This document shows, piece by piece, positions 36,496 through 45,860 of a DNA stretch of 49,306 bases. Source of the DNA: Deltaproteobacteria bacterium (GTDB lineage Bacteria; Desulfobacterota; Syntrophobacteria; BM002). The DNA is taken from the NCBI GenBank assembly GCA_022340515.1, contig JAJDNT010000239.1:1-49306 (forward strand), given 5' to 3'. The position numbers were made by a program, and so were the translations under genes. Positions within the stretch are counted from its first letter, which is position 1. Each line of letters starts with the position of its first letter. Under the pieces are notes generated by a model that had not been told where the DNA came from, ran no database searches, and was given only the letters and a program-made list of their open reading frames with translations.

Positions 36496-37874
36496 GTCTT
36501 ATCTCCTAGAGACTGCTTCAACTGGGATTGCTTCTGCCAAGCTGGATCAGCAAAGGTCTTGTAAGAGTGAGCAAACTCGTCAATTTTTTCTGCCAGTTCA
36601 GTGAAGATGATCTCCGCCCCCTCGTGGGTGAAATAAGCGCCATGCTTTAAGGCCAACTCCCGGCCCACCTCTGGGTGGTCAACCAGCATGCAAGGACGAT
36701 ACAAGTTGTCATCGTAAGGTATTTTGGCTTTTATCGCCTGAAAAAGCGGCGAATTAAGAGCCTCTTTGAGAGGAGTGTCGTGGACATTATGTGTGGCGAA
36801 GTGGCAGAAAACGCAAGGTTCTACGTCTCCCTTGGAATTGATATGGGCATATTTGCGGCCCCCTGACATGCAGCCATTTACTACGGGACCATCATTCCAA
36901 AAATCTATGAAGAGCATTGGTTTACTATCTCGCCAGCGACTAAGTGAGGCCCGCAGATGGTCTCTTTGGGCAGGAGTGGGCATAAGTTCGGTCTTGGGGT
37001 CCCTTCCCACTGGAACATACATGAAGTAGCAGCCGAGGAGACACCCCTTGTCGATCATAAAATCAACGAATTCATCACTGGTAATAGTGTCGTGGTTCTG
37101 TCTGGTTTGGGTGGCAGAATAGCCGAAAAGTACTCCTGCCTGTCGCAACATGTCCATGGCACCCATAACCCGCTCAAAGTGGCCAATTCCCCGCCGCTGA
37201 TCTGTAAATTTTTTGTAGCCCTCGATACTTATGCAAGGTAGCACATTGCCCACCGAGATAATTTTTTCAACCATCTTTTCGTTAATGAGGCCCCCGTGAG
37301 TGTAGACCAGAAAGGACATGTCATTGTGCTTGCGAAAGACGTCGAAAATGTCTTGACGGAAAAATGGTTCGCCTCCGGAAACGGTAATGAAATAAATGCC
37401 CATTTCCTTGGCCTCGTTGAGAATCCGATCTATGGTCTGAAAACTCAATTCTTCCTTTTGCTGGTAGCTGCCGGCATAACAACCGAAACAGTTAAGGTTG
37501 CAACGCATAGTTGGGCTGAGGACCAAGAATCCCGGCGGATAGTAACCTCCAGGCTTTTGAGCAAAGCTCTTACGTTTATTTGTTCCCACCAAGAGTTGGT
37601 TGATTACATAGCTCTGAATTATGGTCTTGCGGTGATGGGGATTGAGTGATTTTAGTATTTTCTTGGTAATTTCCAGGCTGGGGTGCCCTTGATCGAAGAG
37701 GTCACGGATCCAGCGAATTCTGCGAACATAGTAATCCCTCTTCGCTAGTTTCTCGGCAATTTTAGCCACCGATCTATATGTGAGCTTGAAGAGTTTATCA
37801 TTATTAATACTAGCCAGAGAAGCCATTAACAAGTTAATGGCATAAACCTCCAGCCGATGGCTATTAGTCTTCAA
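36492..37874 (-). CDS. Radical SAM protein with N-terminal extension and SPASM/Twitch-like C-terminus
   Basis: PTMRCNLNCFGC, SGGEP, GCMSGGRKYAHINSKGDVEPCVF, RPC. Confidence 0.88.
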   Translation of the reverse strand: MKTNSHRLEVYAINLLMASLASINNDKLFKLTYRSVAKIAEKLAKRDYYVRRIRWIRDLFDQGHPSLEITKKILKSLNPHHRKTIIQSYVINQLLVGTNKRKSFAQKPGGYYPPGFLVLSPTMRCNLNCFGCYAGSYQQKEELSFQTIDRILNEAKEMGIYFITVSGGEPFFRQDIFDVFRKHNDMSFLVYTHGGLINEKMVEKIISVGNVLPCISIEGYKKFTDQRRGIGHFERVMGAMDMLRQAGVLFGYSATQTRQNHDTITSDEFVDFMIDKGCLLGCYFMYVPVGRDPKTELMPTPAQRDHLRASLSRWRDSKPMLFIDFWNDGPVVNGCMSGGRKYAHINSKGDVEPCVFCHFATHNVHDTPLKEALNSPLFQAIKAKIPYDDNLYRPCMLVDHPEVGRELALKHGAYFTHEGAEIIFTELAEKIDEFAHSYKTFADPAWQKQSQLKQSLGDKT

Positions 37875-38066
37875 GATTTCCCTCCAAGAATCCGCAGTTC
37901 ACTCGTGAATTTCTATCCTGATTCCTTTTCTCTCTTCTTATTACCACTTGAGATTTCAGAAGCAAGCACAAAATTAAGACGTCGAGAAGGGAACCGCTCT
38001 ATCATAATCTCCTTCTGCCCGAACCGTAGCCTCCAGGACGCCGGGGTAAGGGAAGGAAATCATCAA

Positions 38067-38564
38067 TCAGGCAATGAGGTGGTAAAGCCGAATCAGACCG
38101 TCGCCTAATCCTATAAACATGAGGCTGCCCAAGAGGCTGCCGACAATTAGCCAAGGATAGCTCTTTTTTTTGGGCATGGCTATAATGTGGGCCAGAAACA
38201 CGCCGCTCCACATGCCTCCTCCTTTGACTGGCAGCATAGTAAGGAGTACAACACCCACACTACCTAAAGCTTTCAGCCTTTTAAAGATACCTCGATCTTC
38301 GGCTACCTCACCTTTTTTCTGAAAATAGTTACTTAGTCCCTTGAGACGTTTGCTGGTAAATGTATGTTCGTACAAGTAGTAAAAAAATGGAACCTGCAAA
38401 ATGTCCATAAAAACAACGAGGGGGAAGAAAAAAAGCAGATTGAGTCTGAAAAAACTGGCGGTTAAGATCGCTACCGGCCTTCCCCCTACAACGTAGAGAG
38501 CTATGAAGTAAAGCAGGCTGTGCTCATGAAGATGCTGCTGCAGCCATAAAACCGAATCTCCCAT
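38067..38564 (-). CDS. Small membrane protein (putative small multidrug export family)
   Basis: About 4 TM segments; GGRPVAI; LPVKGGGMWSG. Start 38564 or 38612. Confidence 0.65.
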   Translation of the reverse strand: MGDSVLWLQQHLHEHSLLYFIALYVVGGRPVAILTASFFRLNLLFFFPLVVFMDILQVPFFYYLYEHTFTSKRLKGLSNYFQKKGEVAEDRGIFKRLKALGSVGVVLLTMLPVKGGGMWSGVFLAHIIAMPKKKSYPWLIVGSLLGSLMFIGLGDGLIRLYHLIA

Positions 38565-38715
38565 TAATTCAACACCAAGTTTCGAGCTTCCGATCCCGCC
38601 CGGGTGCTCCATTTAGCCTCTGCCGCCTTCACGGTCTTTCTAAGCCTTTTGTTGAAATGTCCGGGCTAGAGGTCGGAAGTCTTAACTATTTAGCTTAACT
38701 GCAGGTATTTTTCAA

Positions 38716-39939
38716 TTACTTTTTGTTCCAGGTTCGGCTTCCTCTCCGGGTACGGACGTGAACAAAGTCCTGACTTAGATAGAAAGGCAATAAAGCCAGA
38801 ATGCTCCCCAGGATGGGCAAAGGATCGCGCAAGTCAATGATGTCATAAGTCAAATTGGGCTTGCAAAACTGGAAAAAACTGGGCTTCAGATGCCACCTTT
38901 GCGAATTTTTGAGAAAATGTAGGATGTCTCCTGGCAGCAACCAGCGGCACAAATGTCCCAACCTGTAGTCCAACACAGGGGGAAAATCCAATCCTAGAGC
39001 CACTAGGGCAAGGAGGTAGGGAAAATTCACCCCGGCGTTGGTGGCCAGGGCTAACGATCCCCAAAAACGTGGATTTACTTCAAGGAGCTTGGCCTTGCCG
39101 TCACGACTGTCTATTTTGAATTCAACCATAGCAACGCCGGTTAAATGCAAGTTTTGCACTAGTCTGGCGCCATCATATCTTGCTTGATCGTGGATAATAC
39201 TTTCTCTTAGAGTGCTTGGACCACCCTCTACCGGATACTCTCGGATGCGCCTGTGAATGAAGCTGGCACGCACGTTATACTCTTGGTCCAGAAGGAAGCT
39301 GGCGCCGATTCCTGCACCATCAGGAGGCAATCTTTCCTGGATCAGCGGCAATTGTCCGGAGAGGAATACTTGCTCTAGAGCAGGGGAGAGCTGAGAAGGC
39401 TCAGTGACATAATGCACACCTGCACTTCCTGATCCAACCCTTGGTTTGACCACCACCGGATATTGCAGCTGCCTGCCAAGCGTCTCTCTCTCGTCAATGT
39501 TGGTGATCTCAAAGGTTTTGGGGGTGGGTATACCCAAGGCTGTAGCTTTTCTAATCACCTCGAGCTTGTCGCGGGCAAAGAGGAGACTATCGTAGGAGGC
39601 AAAAGGCAGTCGGGTGATGGCGGCAAATCTCTCCCGGTGTTGAGCGAGCAAGAGAAGGGTATCTTCCTCCATGGGCATGAGCACCTGATGGGGATGGTGA
39701 GTGAGGTAGTCTTCGAGGAAATCCAAATATTGGGAGGGTTGCAACACAGGGGAGGGAGTGCGTACCCGTCGATAACAGTAGCGCGAGAAAAGCCCTGGTG
39801 CCAAATAAGTGGACTCACCAACGGTAACTCGCAATCCTATACGACCCAGGGCTCGAACAGCGGCAACGGTTTTACGCCAGTACCCGTCTGTGACGAAGAC
39901 TCGCATTCTCTTCAGATTTTTTCTGGTCAAATGAATCAT
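38716..39939 (-). CDS. ATP-grasp ligase of the type found in surface-glycan loci
   Basis: DKLEV...GIPTPKT, PVVVKPRVGSGSAGV, QER, MVEFK, LLEVNPRFWGS. Confidence 0.85.
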   Translation of the reverse strand: MIHLTRKNLKRMRVFVTDGYWRKTVAAVRALGRIGLRVTVGESTYLAPGLFSRYCYRRVRTPSPVLQPSQYLDFLEDYLTHHPHQVLMPMEEDTLLLLAQHRERFAAITRLPFASYDSLLFARDKLEVIRKATALGIPTPKTFEITNIDERETLGRQLQYPVVVKPRVGSGSAGVHYVTEPSQLSPALEQVFLSGQLPLIQERLPPDGAGIGASFLLDQEYNVRASFIHRRIREYPVEGGPSTLRESIIHDQARYDGARLVQNLHLTGVAMVEFKIDSRDGKAKLLEVNPRFWGSLALATNAGVNFPYLLALVALGLDFPPVLDYRLGHLCRWLLPGDILHFLKNSQRWHLKPSFFQFCKPNLTYDIIDLRDPLPILGSILALLPFYLSQDFVHVRTRRGSRTWNKK

Positions 39940-40027
39940 GGGCTCGTTCGAACCTAAGAAACCTATTTTTTCCTTAAATGGTGTGATCTTCGATGGGTCA
40001 GGTCGAAGTTAAATAGCTTTGCCAGTG

Positions 40028-40093
40028 AGGTTTCAGTATTCAGGTGTCAGGATTTACTCTCTCGTTTTCTTTTTCCTGACACCTGACACCTAA
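40028..40093. repeat. Inverted pair of heptamer arrays (CAGGTGT ... ACACCTG)
   Basis: ttcaggtgtcagg ... cctgacacctgacacctaa. Confidence 0.7.
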
Positions 40094-40107
40094 GATCCTG
40101 CATTCCT

Positions 40108-40116
40108 ACTATAGCA
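40108..40116 (-). promoter_or_regulatory. Possible extended -10 promoter for the ATP-grasp to activase operon
   Basis: TGCTATAGT on the minus strand in the divergent intergenic region. Confidence 0.3.
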
Positions 40117-40247
40117 AAGGCGAAGAGGAATCACTACTAGAGTCCGCCTTGACGCCAGGAGCATAATTTGGTAGACAACACTACCTTTTCTCTAACGTCA
40201 GCTTATCTTGTGTAAACCAACTTACTGGTGCCGAAAAGTTTGATTTC

Positions 40248-40982
40248 ATGAGATTCAAAGATAAAATTGCTCTCATCACCGGTGGAATTCGTGGAATTGG
40301 TGCCGCCATTGCTAAAAGATTTCTTCAAGAGGCTGCCCAGGTTGTGGTAACCTACTCCCAGGATCAAGATCAAGCGCGGAAATTTCAAGACGAACTGGGC
40401 GTTGCCAAGGTCAAGGTTCACCAGGCGGATGCCTCTGACTTTGACCAGATGAAAGCTTTGTTCGACCGGATTATTGAGCAGTTTGGTCGTCTGGATATTC
40501 TGGTCAATAACGCTGGCATAAGGCGTGACAATTTAGTAATGTTCATGTCAGAGGCAGAATGGCATGAGGTGCTGCGGGTGAACCTGCAGGGGACTTTTAC
40601 CTGTTGTAAGCTGGCACTAAAACCCATGATAGCGCAACGGTGGGGACGGATGATCAACATCGTCTCTCCCAGCGGAATCATGGGCCGTGAGGGCCAGGCC
40701 AATTACGCCGCCGCCAAAGGGGGAGTGGCGAGTTTCACCAAGTCTCTGGCAAGAGAGGTGGGCAAACTCGGTATCACGGTAAATGCCGTTTCACCCGGGG
40801 TAATAGACACTGATATGACGCGGTCTTTACCTGAAAAAATCTTGGCCGAACTCAAGCAGTCAATTCCCCTGGGCCATTTTGGCCAACCGGAAGATGTAAG
40901 CGGAACGATTTTATTCTTGGCCTCAGAGGAGGCATCTTACATTACCGGTCAAGTTATAAGCGTTGATGGAGGTCTGACCTAA
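40248..40982 (+). CDS. fabG: 3-oxoacyl-ACP reductase
   Basis: TGGIRGIG, NNAGIRRD, GQANYAAAK, VSPGVIDTDM. Confidence 0.9.
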   Translation: MRFKDKIALITGGIRGIGAAIAKRFLQEAAQVVVTYSQDQDQARKFQDELGVAKVKVHQADASDFDQMKALFDRIIEQFGRLDILVNNAGIRRDNLVMFMSEAEWHEVLRVNLQGTFTCCKLALKPMIAQRWGRMINIVSPSGIMGREGQANYAAAKGGVASFTKSLAREVGKLGITVNAVSPGVIDTDMTRSLPEKILAELKQSIPLGHFGQPEDVSGTILFLASEEASYITGQVISVDGGLT

Positions 40983-41039
40983 ATCGCTAATTGGAGCAAA
41001 TCTTGCAAGGCCTGATCATGAAAAAATCATCCAAGTAGT

Positions 41040-41160
41040 GCTCATCCGAAAACGGCCGTTTTCCGATGAGCGCGTTCAGTTATCAGCGCTCAGCCATCGG
41101 CAACATAAATATAAATACAAAATATTAAGCTGACGGCTGATTGCTGAATGCTGACAGCTC
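41040..41160. repeat. 32-nt palindrome followed by inverted heptamer arrays (TCAGC / GCTGA)
   Basis: GCTCATCCGAAAACGGCCGTTTTCCGATGAGC (41040-41071); tcagttatcagcgctcagcc ... gctgacggctgattgctgaatgctgacagc. Confidence 0.7.
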
Positions 41161-41212
41161 CATGCGGGAATCTCGGATTTCCGGATGGAAAGTAACCAAG
41201 GAGGAACAACCA

Positions 41213-41515
41213 TTGCAGACCCCCCTGCTGGAGCGAAACAATCTGATCGTAAATCTAAAGGAACTCATAGTGCGAACTCTGCGGTTGGAAGATGTCAGCC
41301 CCGAGGATATTGCTGATGCAGAACCTTTGTTTGGTGAAGGCCTTGGCCTCGACTCTATTGATGCCTTGGAGTTGGTGGTGGCCATCGAGAGGGAATATCA
41401 GGTTGAGATCCCGGACGCCGAAGTGGGGCGAAGGGCTTTTGCCTCGGTCAACGCCCTAGGAGATTTCATTTTGGAAAAGAGCTCAGCTCAGAAGGCTTCA
41501 GATGCGGTGGGTTGA
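41213..41515 (+). CDS. Acyl carrier protein (aryl-polyene/ladderane-cluster type)
   Basis: PLFGEGLGLDSIDALEL phosphopantetheine motif; TTG 41213 after AAGGAGG. Confidence 0.9.
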   Translation: MQTPLLERNNLIVNLKELIVRTLRLEDVSPEDIADAEPLFGEGLGLDSIDALELVVAIEREYQVEIPDAEVGRRAFASVNALGDFILEKSSAQKASDAVG

Positions 41516-41927
41516 GACCACGACCACAGTCAGATTCAACGAGGTGGATCAATGGGGCATTACCTGGTACGGTCACTACTTTGCTTGGTTTGAACTGGCT
41601 CGAATGAAAGTATTGGAGAAGTTTTCCCTCCTGCCAGAACAATTCACCGCTTTAGGATACATTGCTCCGGTGGTGAGTGCTCAGTGCGAATTCAAGAAAC
41701 CCGCCCGCACTAATGACATCATCACAATTCAAACACACCTTCTCAAACCACAGACAGCATCTCTGACATTTCGATTCGAAATTTTGTTGCAGAATGGCGG
41801 ATCCTTACTGGCCAAGGGTGAAACGCTTCAAGTCTTGCAAAAACTTGATGGCACCGTAATATACAAACTCACCGGTACCATCAAGGACCGAGTTGAGTCC
41901 ATGGTCCGATACTTCTGGCCGGACTAA
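41502..41927 (+). CDS. Hot-dog fold acyl-CoA/ACP thioesterase (4HBT/YbgC-like)
   Basis: VRFNEVDQWGITWYGHYFAWFE. Confidence 0.85.
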   Translation: MRWVETTTTVRFNEVDQWGITWYGHYFAWFELARMKVLEKFSLLPEQFTALGYIAPVVSAQCEFKKPARTNDIITIQTHLLKPQTASLTFRFEILLQNGGSLLAKGETLQVLQKLDGTVIYKLTGTIKDRVESMVRYFWPD

Positions 41928-41983
41928 AATAAAAATTGCTCAGACCTGGCCCCATTCTTCTGGCGAATCACGGTTTTAGAGAT

Positions 41984-42421
41984 ATGTCACTTTCCCATGA
42001 GCAGGTTCAGGACTTGCTGCCCCACAGATACCCTTTTCTCTTTGTCGACAAAGTTACCACCCTGAAATCTGGTCATAATGTTGAAGGCACATTTCGGGTC
42101 ATGACCGACCATCCATTCATCAGTAGAGTTGGAGGGGTTTCGGTTTTTCCAGCCACTTTGGTGATTGAAGCCCTAGGGCAGCTGGCAGCACTCTGTATCC
42201 GTTATCCTCAGCTAGCCCAAGAGGTTCGGCAACGGGCCCAAGGATTTCTCGTCCGCATTGACGAGTGTTCATTTTTGCACCCGGTATATGCAGAAGAAGA
42301 GTTGCTGCTCGCAGCCAGTTTGGTTAAACAATTCTCTGCTCTGTATAAATTTGACGCCAGGGGGTTTGTTGATCATAGAATGGTGGTAAAGGCTTCTTTG
42401 ACCCTTTACCTGGAGTTCTGA
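41984..42421 (+). CDS. FabZ/FabA-like hot-dog dehydratase (lacks the canonical catalytic His)
   Basis: LLPHRYPFLFVD; PATLVIEALGQ; no GHFP motif. Probable ATG 41984. Confidence 0.75.
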   Translation: MSLSHEQVQDLLPHRYPFLFVDKVTTLKSGHNVEGTFRVMTDHPFISRVGGVSVFPATLVIEALGQLAALCIRYPQLAQEVRQRAQGFLVRIDECSFLHPVYAEEELLLAASLVKQFSALYKFDARGFVDHRMVVKASLTLYLEF

Positions 42422-42422
42422 A

Positions 42423-43151
42423 ATGGTGGATCGCAGTGCGGTCTCTCTTAGATTTTGTGCTCTTATTCCAGCTTACAACCTTGCTAGCACCATCTCGGAG
42501 GTGGTTTGTAAGACTAGTAAACACTTAGGCGAAATTCTGGTAGTGGACGACGGTTCCCAGGATGACACTGCCCGTCTGGCCAAAGAAAGTGGGGCCAAAG
42601 TTCTCAGAATTGCCAAAAACCAGGGGAAAGGTTGGGCCTTGCGCTGCGGGTTCAAGCATCTGCTGCAGAAGCCTTGGGAGGGTATCATTACGCTGGACGG
42701 GGACCTACAACATGACCCGGTGGAAATCCCCAATCTGATTAAGGAGCATGACAAATCAGGGTCACAGATCGTTATCGGCTCTAGAATGGTGCAAACAGAG
42801 AGGATGCCCTGGATAAGATATTGGACCAATAGAATTGGAGTCTATTGCATCTCATGGGCGGTTGGACAGCCTCTGACAGACACCCAAAGTGGATTTCGGC
42901 TCTATCGCAGAGAAGTTCTCGAAACCATTCCACTGTGGACCACCCGTTACGATACCGAGACAGAAATATTGCTCAAGGCCGGTTTGCTGGGAATGCAGGT
43001 AACCTCTATCCCCATAAAGACAATTTATTACGAGGATGAGCAAAATAGCTCTTCTTTTAGGCCCTTTCCGGACACCTTTCTCATCTGTATGGTATTTCTC
43101 AAAAGCCTTTTTTGGAGACGAGGATGGTATCTTAGGAATTTTGTCATATGA
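42423..43151 (+). CDS. Glycosyltransferase family 2
   Basis: IPAYN, VVDDGS, NQGKG, DGDLQH, DTQSGFR. Confidence 0.9.
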   Translation: MVDRSAVSLRFCALIPAYNLASTISEVVCKTSKHLGEILVVDDGSQDDTARLAKESGAKVLRIAKNQGKGWALRCGFKHLLQKPWEGIITLDGDLQHDPVEIPNLIKEHDKSGSQIVIGSRMVQTERMPWIRYWTNRIGVYCISWAVGQPLTDTQSGFRLYRREVLETIPLWTTRYDTETEILLKAGLLGMQVTSIPIKTIYYEDEQNSSSFRPFPDTFLICMVFLKSLFWRRGWYLRNFVI

Positions 43152-43244
43152 CTGTCGCCTAGCGCAAAGAGCATAGCGCATAGCGTAAGCTGGAGCAATT
43201 AATGATTGGATTACGCAGTTTGTCGACCACCGGGATAAGATAGT

Positions 43245-44465
43245 ATGGGTGAAATCGGGGTAATCGTAACTGGCATTGGAATCATCTGTGCTCTGGGAGA
43301 GCAGAAAGAAGCGTTTTGGAATGGTCTCAGCCAGGGAAAGTGTGGACTTGGCGAGATTGACCTTTTTGATGTATCCGGCTACCGCAGTCGTGTGGGAGGG
43401 CAGGTGAGGAATGTTGATTTCTCTTCCAGGCTTTCCCTACATGAAAGTCGCCGCTTGGGCCGGTGTGATAAGTTGGGGTTGTGGGCCGCCCAAGAGGCTC
43501 TGAAGGAAGCAAAGATCATGGAGCGCGATCTGCCGCCGGACCGAGTTGCTGTTGTTATGGGCGCCGGTGCCGGCGGTGTTTTTGAGGCAGAGCATTACCG
43601 CCGCCAGCTCTATGAGAGACGTCCCCGTCCCCGACCTTCTTTGCTTATGCCTTTTCCTGCCTGCAATCTTACCGATGCTATTGGAAATCTCTACGGTTTT
43701 TCCGGAGTCCGCTCCACTATCGCCACAGCTTGTTCTTCCAGCGCTACCGCCATAGGCTACGGGGCGGATCTCATTCGCTCAGCAAAGGCTGACGTGGTTA
43801 TTGCGGGAGGAGCTGAGTCCCTCTCGGAGCTCACTTTTTCTGGCTTTAATGCCCTACGTTCGGTGGACCGGAAGACTTGCCGACCTTTTGATCGGAATCG
43901 GGAGGGATTGGTACTAGGTGAGAGTGGCAGTATCTTGGTTCTTGAGTCTAAAAGGCTTGCAGCGGCCCACGGGGTATCCGGATATGCCGAGGTCCTGGGA
44001 TATGGCATTTGCGCCGACGCTTACCACATGACCTCTCCAGATAGACAAGGGGAAGGAGCGCAGAGAAGCATGTTTAATGGACTTGGCGCTGCTGGCATAC
44101 CGGCGGAAGCGGTGGATTATATCAACGCCCACGGCACTGGAACAGTGATAAACGACAAAGTGGAAACCCTGGCGATCAAAAGGCTTTTCGGGGAAAGATC
44201 CCACTCGCTCCCCATAAGCTCGGTGAAGTCCGCCTTGGGACACTGCCTTGGGGCAGCCGGAGCGCTGGAGGCCATTGCCTCCATTTTGGCCCTTTATCAT
44301 GGGGTAGTTCCTCCAACATTGAACTATGAGGAACCTGATCCGGACTGCGATTTGGACTATGTACCCAATGAGCCTAGGGTGGCCAACATTGGGGTGGCCA
44401 TGTCAAACTCCTTTGCTTTCGGTGGTAACAACACCACCCTGGTGTTTGCAAGGACTGATCTATAA
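43245..44465 (+). CDS. fabF: Beta-ketoacyl-ACP synthase (FabF-type, catalytic)
   Basis: Intact Cys-His-His triad: TACSSS, INAHGTGT, GHCLGAAG; SNSFAFGG. Confidence 0.9.
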   Translation: MGEIGVIVTGIGIICALGEQKEAFWNGLSQGKCGLGEIDLFDVSGYRSRVGGQVRNVDFSSRLSLHESRRLGRCDKLGLWAAQEALKEAKIMERDLPPDRVAVVMGAGAGGVFEAEHYRRQLYERRPRPRPSLLMPFPACNLTDAIGNLYGFSGVRSTIATACSSSATAIGYGADLIRSAKADVVIAGGAESLSELTFSGFNALRSVDRKTCRPFDRNREGLVLGESGSILVLESKRLAAAHGVSGYAEVLGYGICADAYHMTSPDRQGEGAQRSMFNGLGAAGIPAEAVDYINAHGTGTVINDKVETLAIKRLFGERSHSLPISSVKSALGHCLGAAGALEAIASILALYHGVVPPTLNYEEPDPDCDLDYVPNEPRVANIGVAMSNSFAFGGNNTTLVFARTDL

Positions 44466-44479
44466 AATCTAAAAAAGTC

Positions 44480-45715
44480 ATGGCAAGAATACCAATAAGC
44501 ATAACCGGCTTGGGCATCATAAACGGGCTGGGTATTGGAAAATCGACATTTTGGCACGAGCTGGTTAGGGGTAAATCTGGTATAGCACCGATTATGGGTT
44601 TCGATACTGGCAAATATGTTTGCAATCTTGGGGCTGAGATACCCAATTTCAATGCCAAGGATTTTATGGAACCTCGCTTTTATCGCAGACTAAGTCGCCA
44701 ATCTCGCCTTGCGGTTGCCGCGAGCATCGAAGCCATAAATGACAGTGGCTTGGAAATCTCGGAGCTGAACCGCCAGCGGATCGGAGTGGTCTTTGGAACC
44801 GCCTTTGGTAGTACGGAGCAAACGGATGCGTTTTTTGTAAGCCTTTTGGATCATGGTCCACAGGCGGCTGACCCAATACTTTTTCCAGATACGGTGCCTA
44901 ACGCTCCTGCCAGCCATGTCGCCATGTATCATGGGATACAAGGTCCCAATAGCACCTTTTGCCAAAATCATCTCTCTGGTGAATGTGCCCTGGCTTACGG
45001 AATAGCATTGTTGGAGCAGGATAAAGCAGATGTTGTGCTGGTGGGAGGTGTTGACGAACTATCGAACATCCTATTTCACAGCCTCGACTCGGTTGGTGCT
45101 TTGAAGCCCATCAAGGAGCGAGAGACACTCCAGCCTAGCCAATTTCCCACAGGTAGAGGATTCATTGTCGGCGAAGGGGTTACCTGCTTGGTGTTGGAGC
45201 GGGCGGAGTTTGCGGAGAGGGCAGAGAAAAAGAGCTATGGAACTATTTTGTCCCTGACGCTAACCAGTGGAATCGTGGCTCAGGCGCACTATGAACGAGA
45301 TGGTGGGGCCATGGCGCAAGGGATGCGGGTCGCATTGAAGGAGGCCAAGATCGCAGTGGAAGAGATTGGTATTATTGGGCTGGCCGCTAATGGGGTTGAT
45401 GAGCTTGAGGAAGGAGAAACTAAGGCTTTGGAGGAGGTTTTTGGTTATAGGTGGCATGCGATCCCTAGGCTACCAGTTCGTTATTTCGTCGGTGAATTCG
45501 GTAGTGCAGGCCTCCTGAACGTGGCAACTATTTTACTTTCCTTGGCCGAGGGAACTATACCACCGACCGTTCGAGGATCCGATCTGACCGGTTCTTTTGG
45601 TAAAGCTCAAAGATTTGCACTTGCGACTGATGAAACTATTGTTGCTGGAATGGCCATAGGTTCTACTTTTGGCGGCGGGAGCGCTTGTACGATTGTTGCG
45701 AGGCAACCGGAATGA
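44480..45715 (+). CDS. Non-catalytic ketosynthase homolog (chain-length-factor-like)
   Basis: KS fold (ITGLG, FPDTVPNAPASH, GEG), but catalytic positions replaced (QNHLSG, GLAANG, GEFG). Confidence 0.85.
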   Translation: MARIPISITGLGIINGLGIGKSTFWHELVRGKSGIAPIMGFDTGKYVCNLGAEIPNFNAKDFMEPRFYRRLSRQSRLAVAASIEAINDSGLEISELNRQRIGVVFGTAFGSTEQTDAFFVSLLDHGPQAADPILFPDTVPNAPASHVAMYHGIQGPNSTFCQNHLSGECALAYGIALLEQDKADVVLVGGVDELSNILFHSLDSVGALKPIKERETLQPSQFPTGRGFIVGEGVTCLVLERAEFAERAEKKSYGTILSLTLTSGIVAQAHYERDGGAMAQGMRVALKEAKIAVEEIGIIGLAANGVDELEEGETKALEEVFGYRWHAIPRLPVRYFVGEFGSAGLLNVATILLSLAEGTIPPTVRGSDLTGSFGKAQRFALATDETIVAGMAIGSTFGGGSACTIVARQPE

Positions 45716-45825
45716 TGGAAAGGTGGAATAATGGAATGATGGGTCGAGAGGAATTAGACCAATGAGAAAAGACTTCATCTGCTTTAAGTCGCCAGAATTC
45801 CAATATTCCATTATTCCAACATTCC
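45709..45825. repeat. Inverted pair of 8-nt arrays (GGAATGAT ... ATTATTCC)
   Basis: ggaatgatggaaaggtggaataatggaatgatgg ... ttccaatattccattattccaacattcc. Confidence 0.8.
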
Positions 45826-45860
45826 TGCTAGGGCAAAACAGGTGACCCAAAGGCGATCTG

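Noticed and set aside
35041-36604. Long antisense ORFs (35041..35616, 36044..36604 and similar elsewhere)
   Set aside because: They are shadow frames opposite well-supported genes and have no recognisable motifs.
40248-45715. Calling the cluster a standard aryl polyene or true ladderane pathway
   Set aside because: No aryl starter ligase and only one ACP are visible, and extra radical and reductive enzymes are present. The product cannot be assigned from sequence alone.
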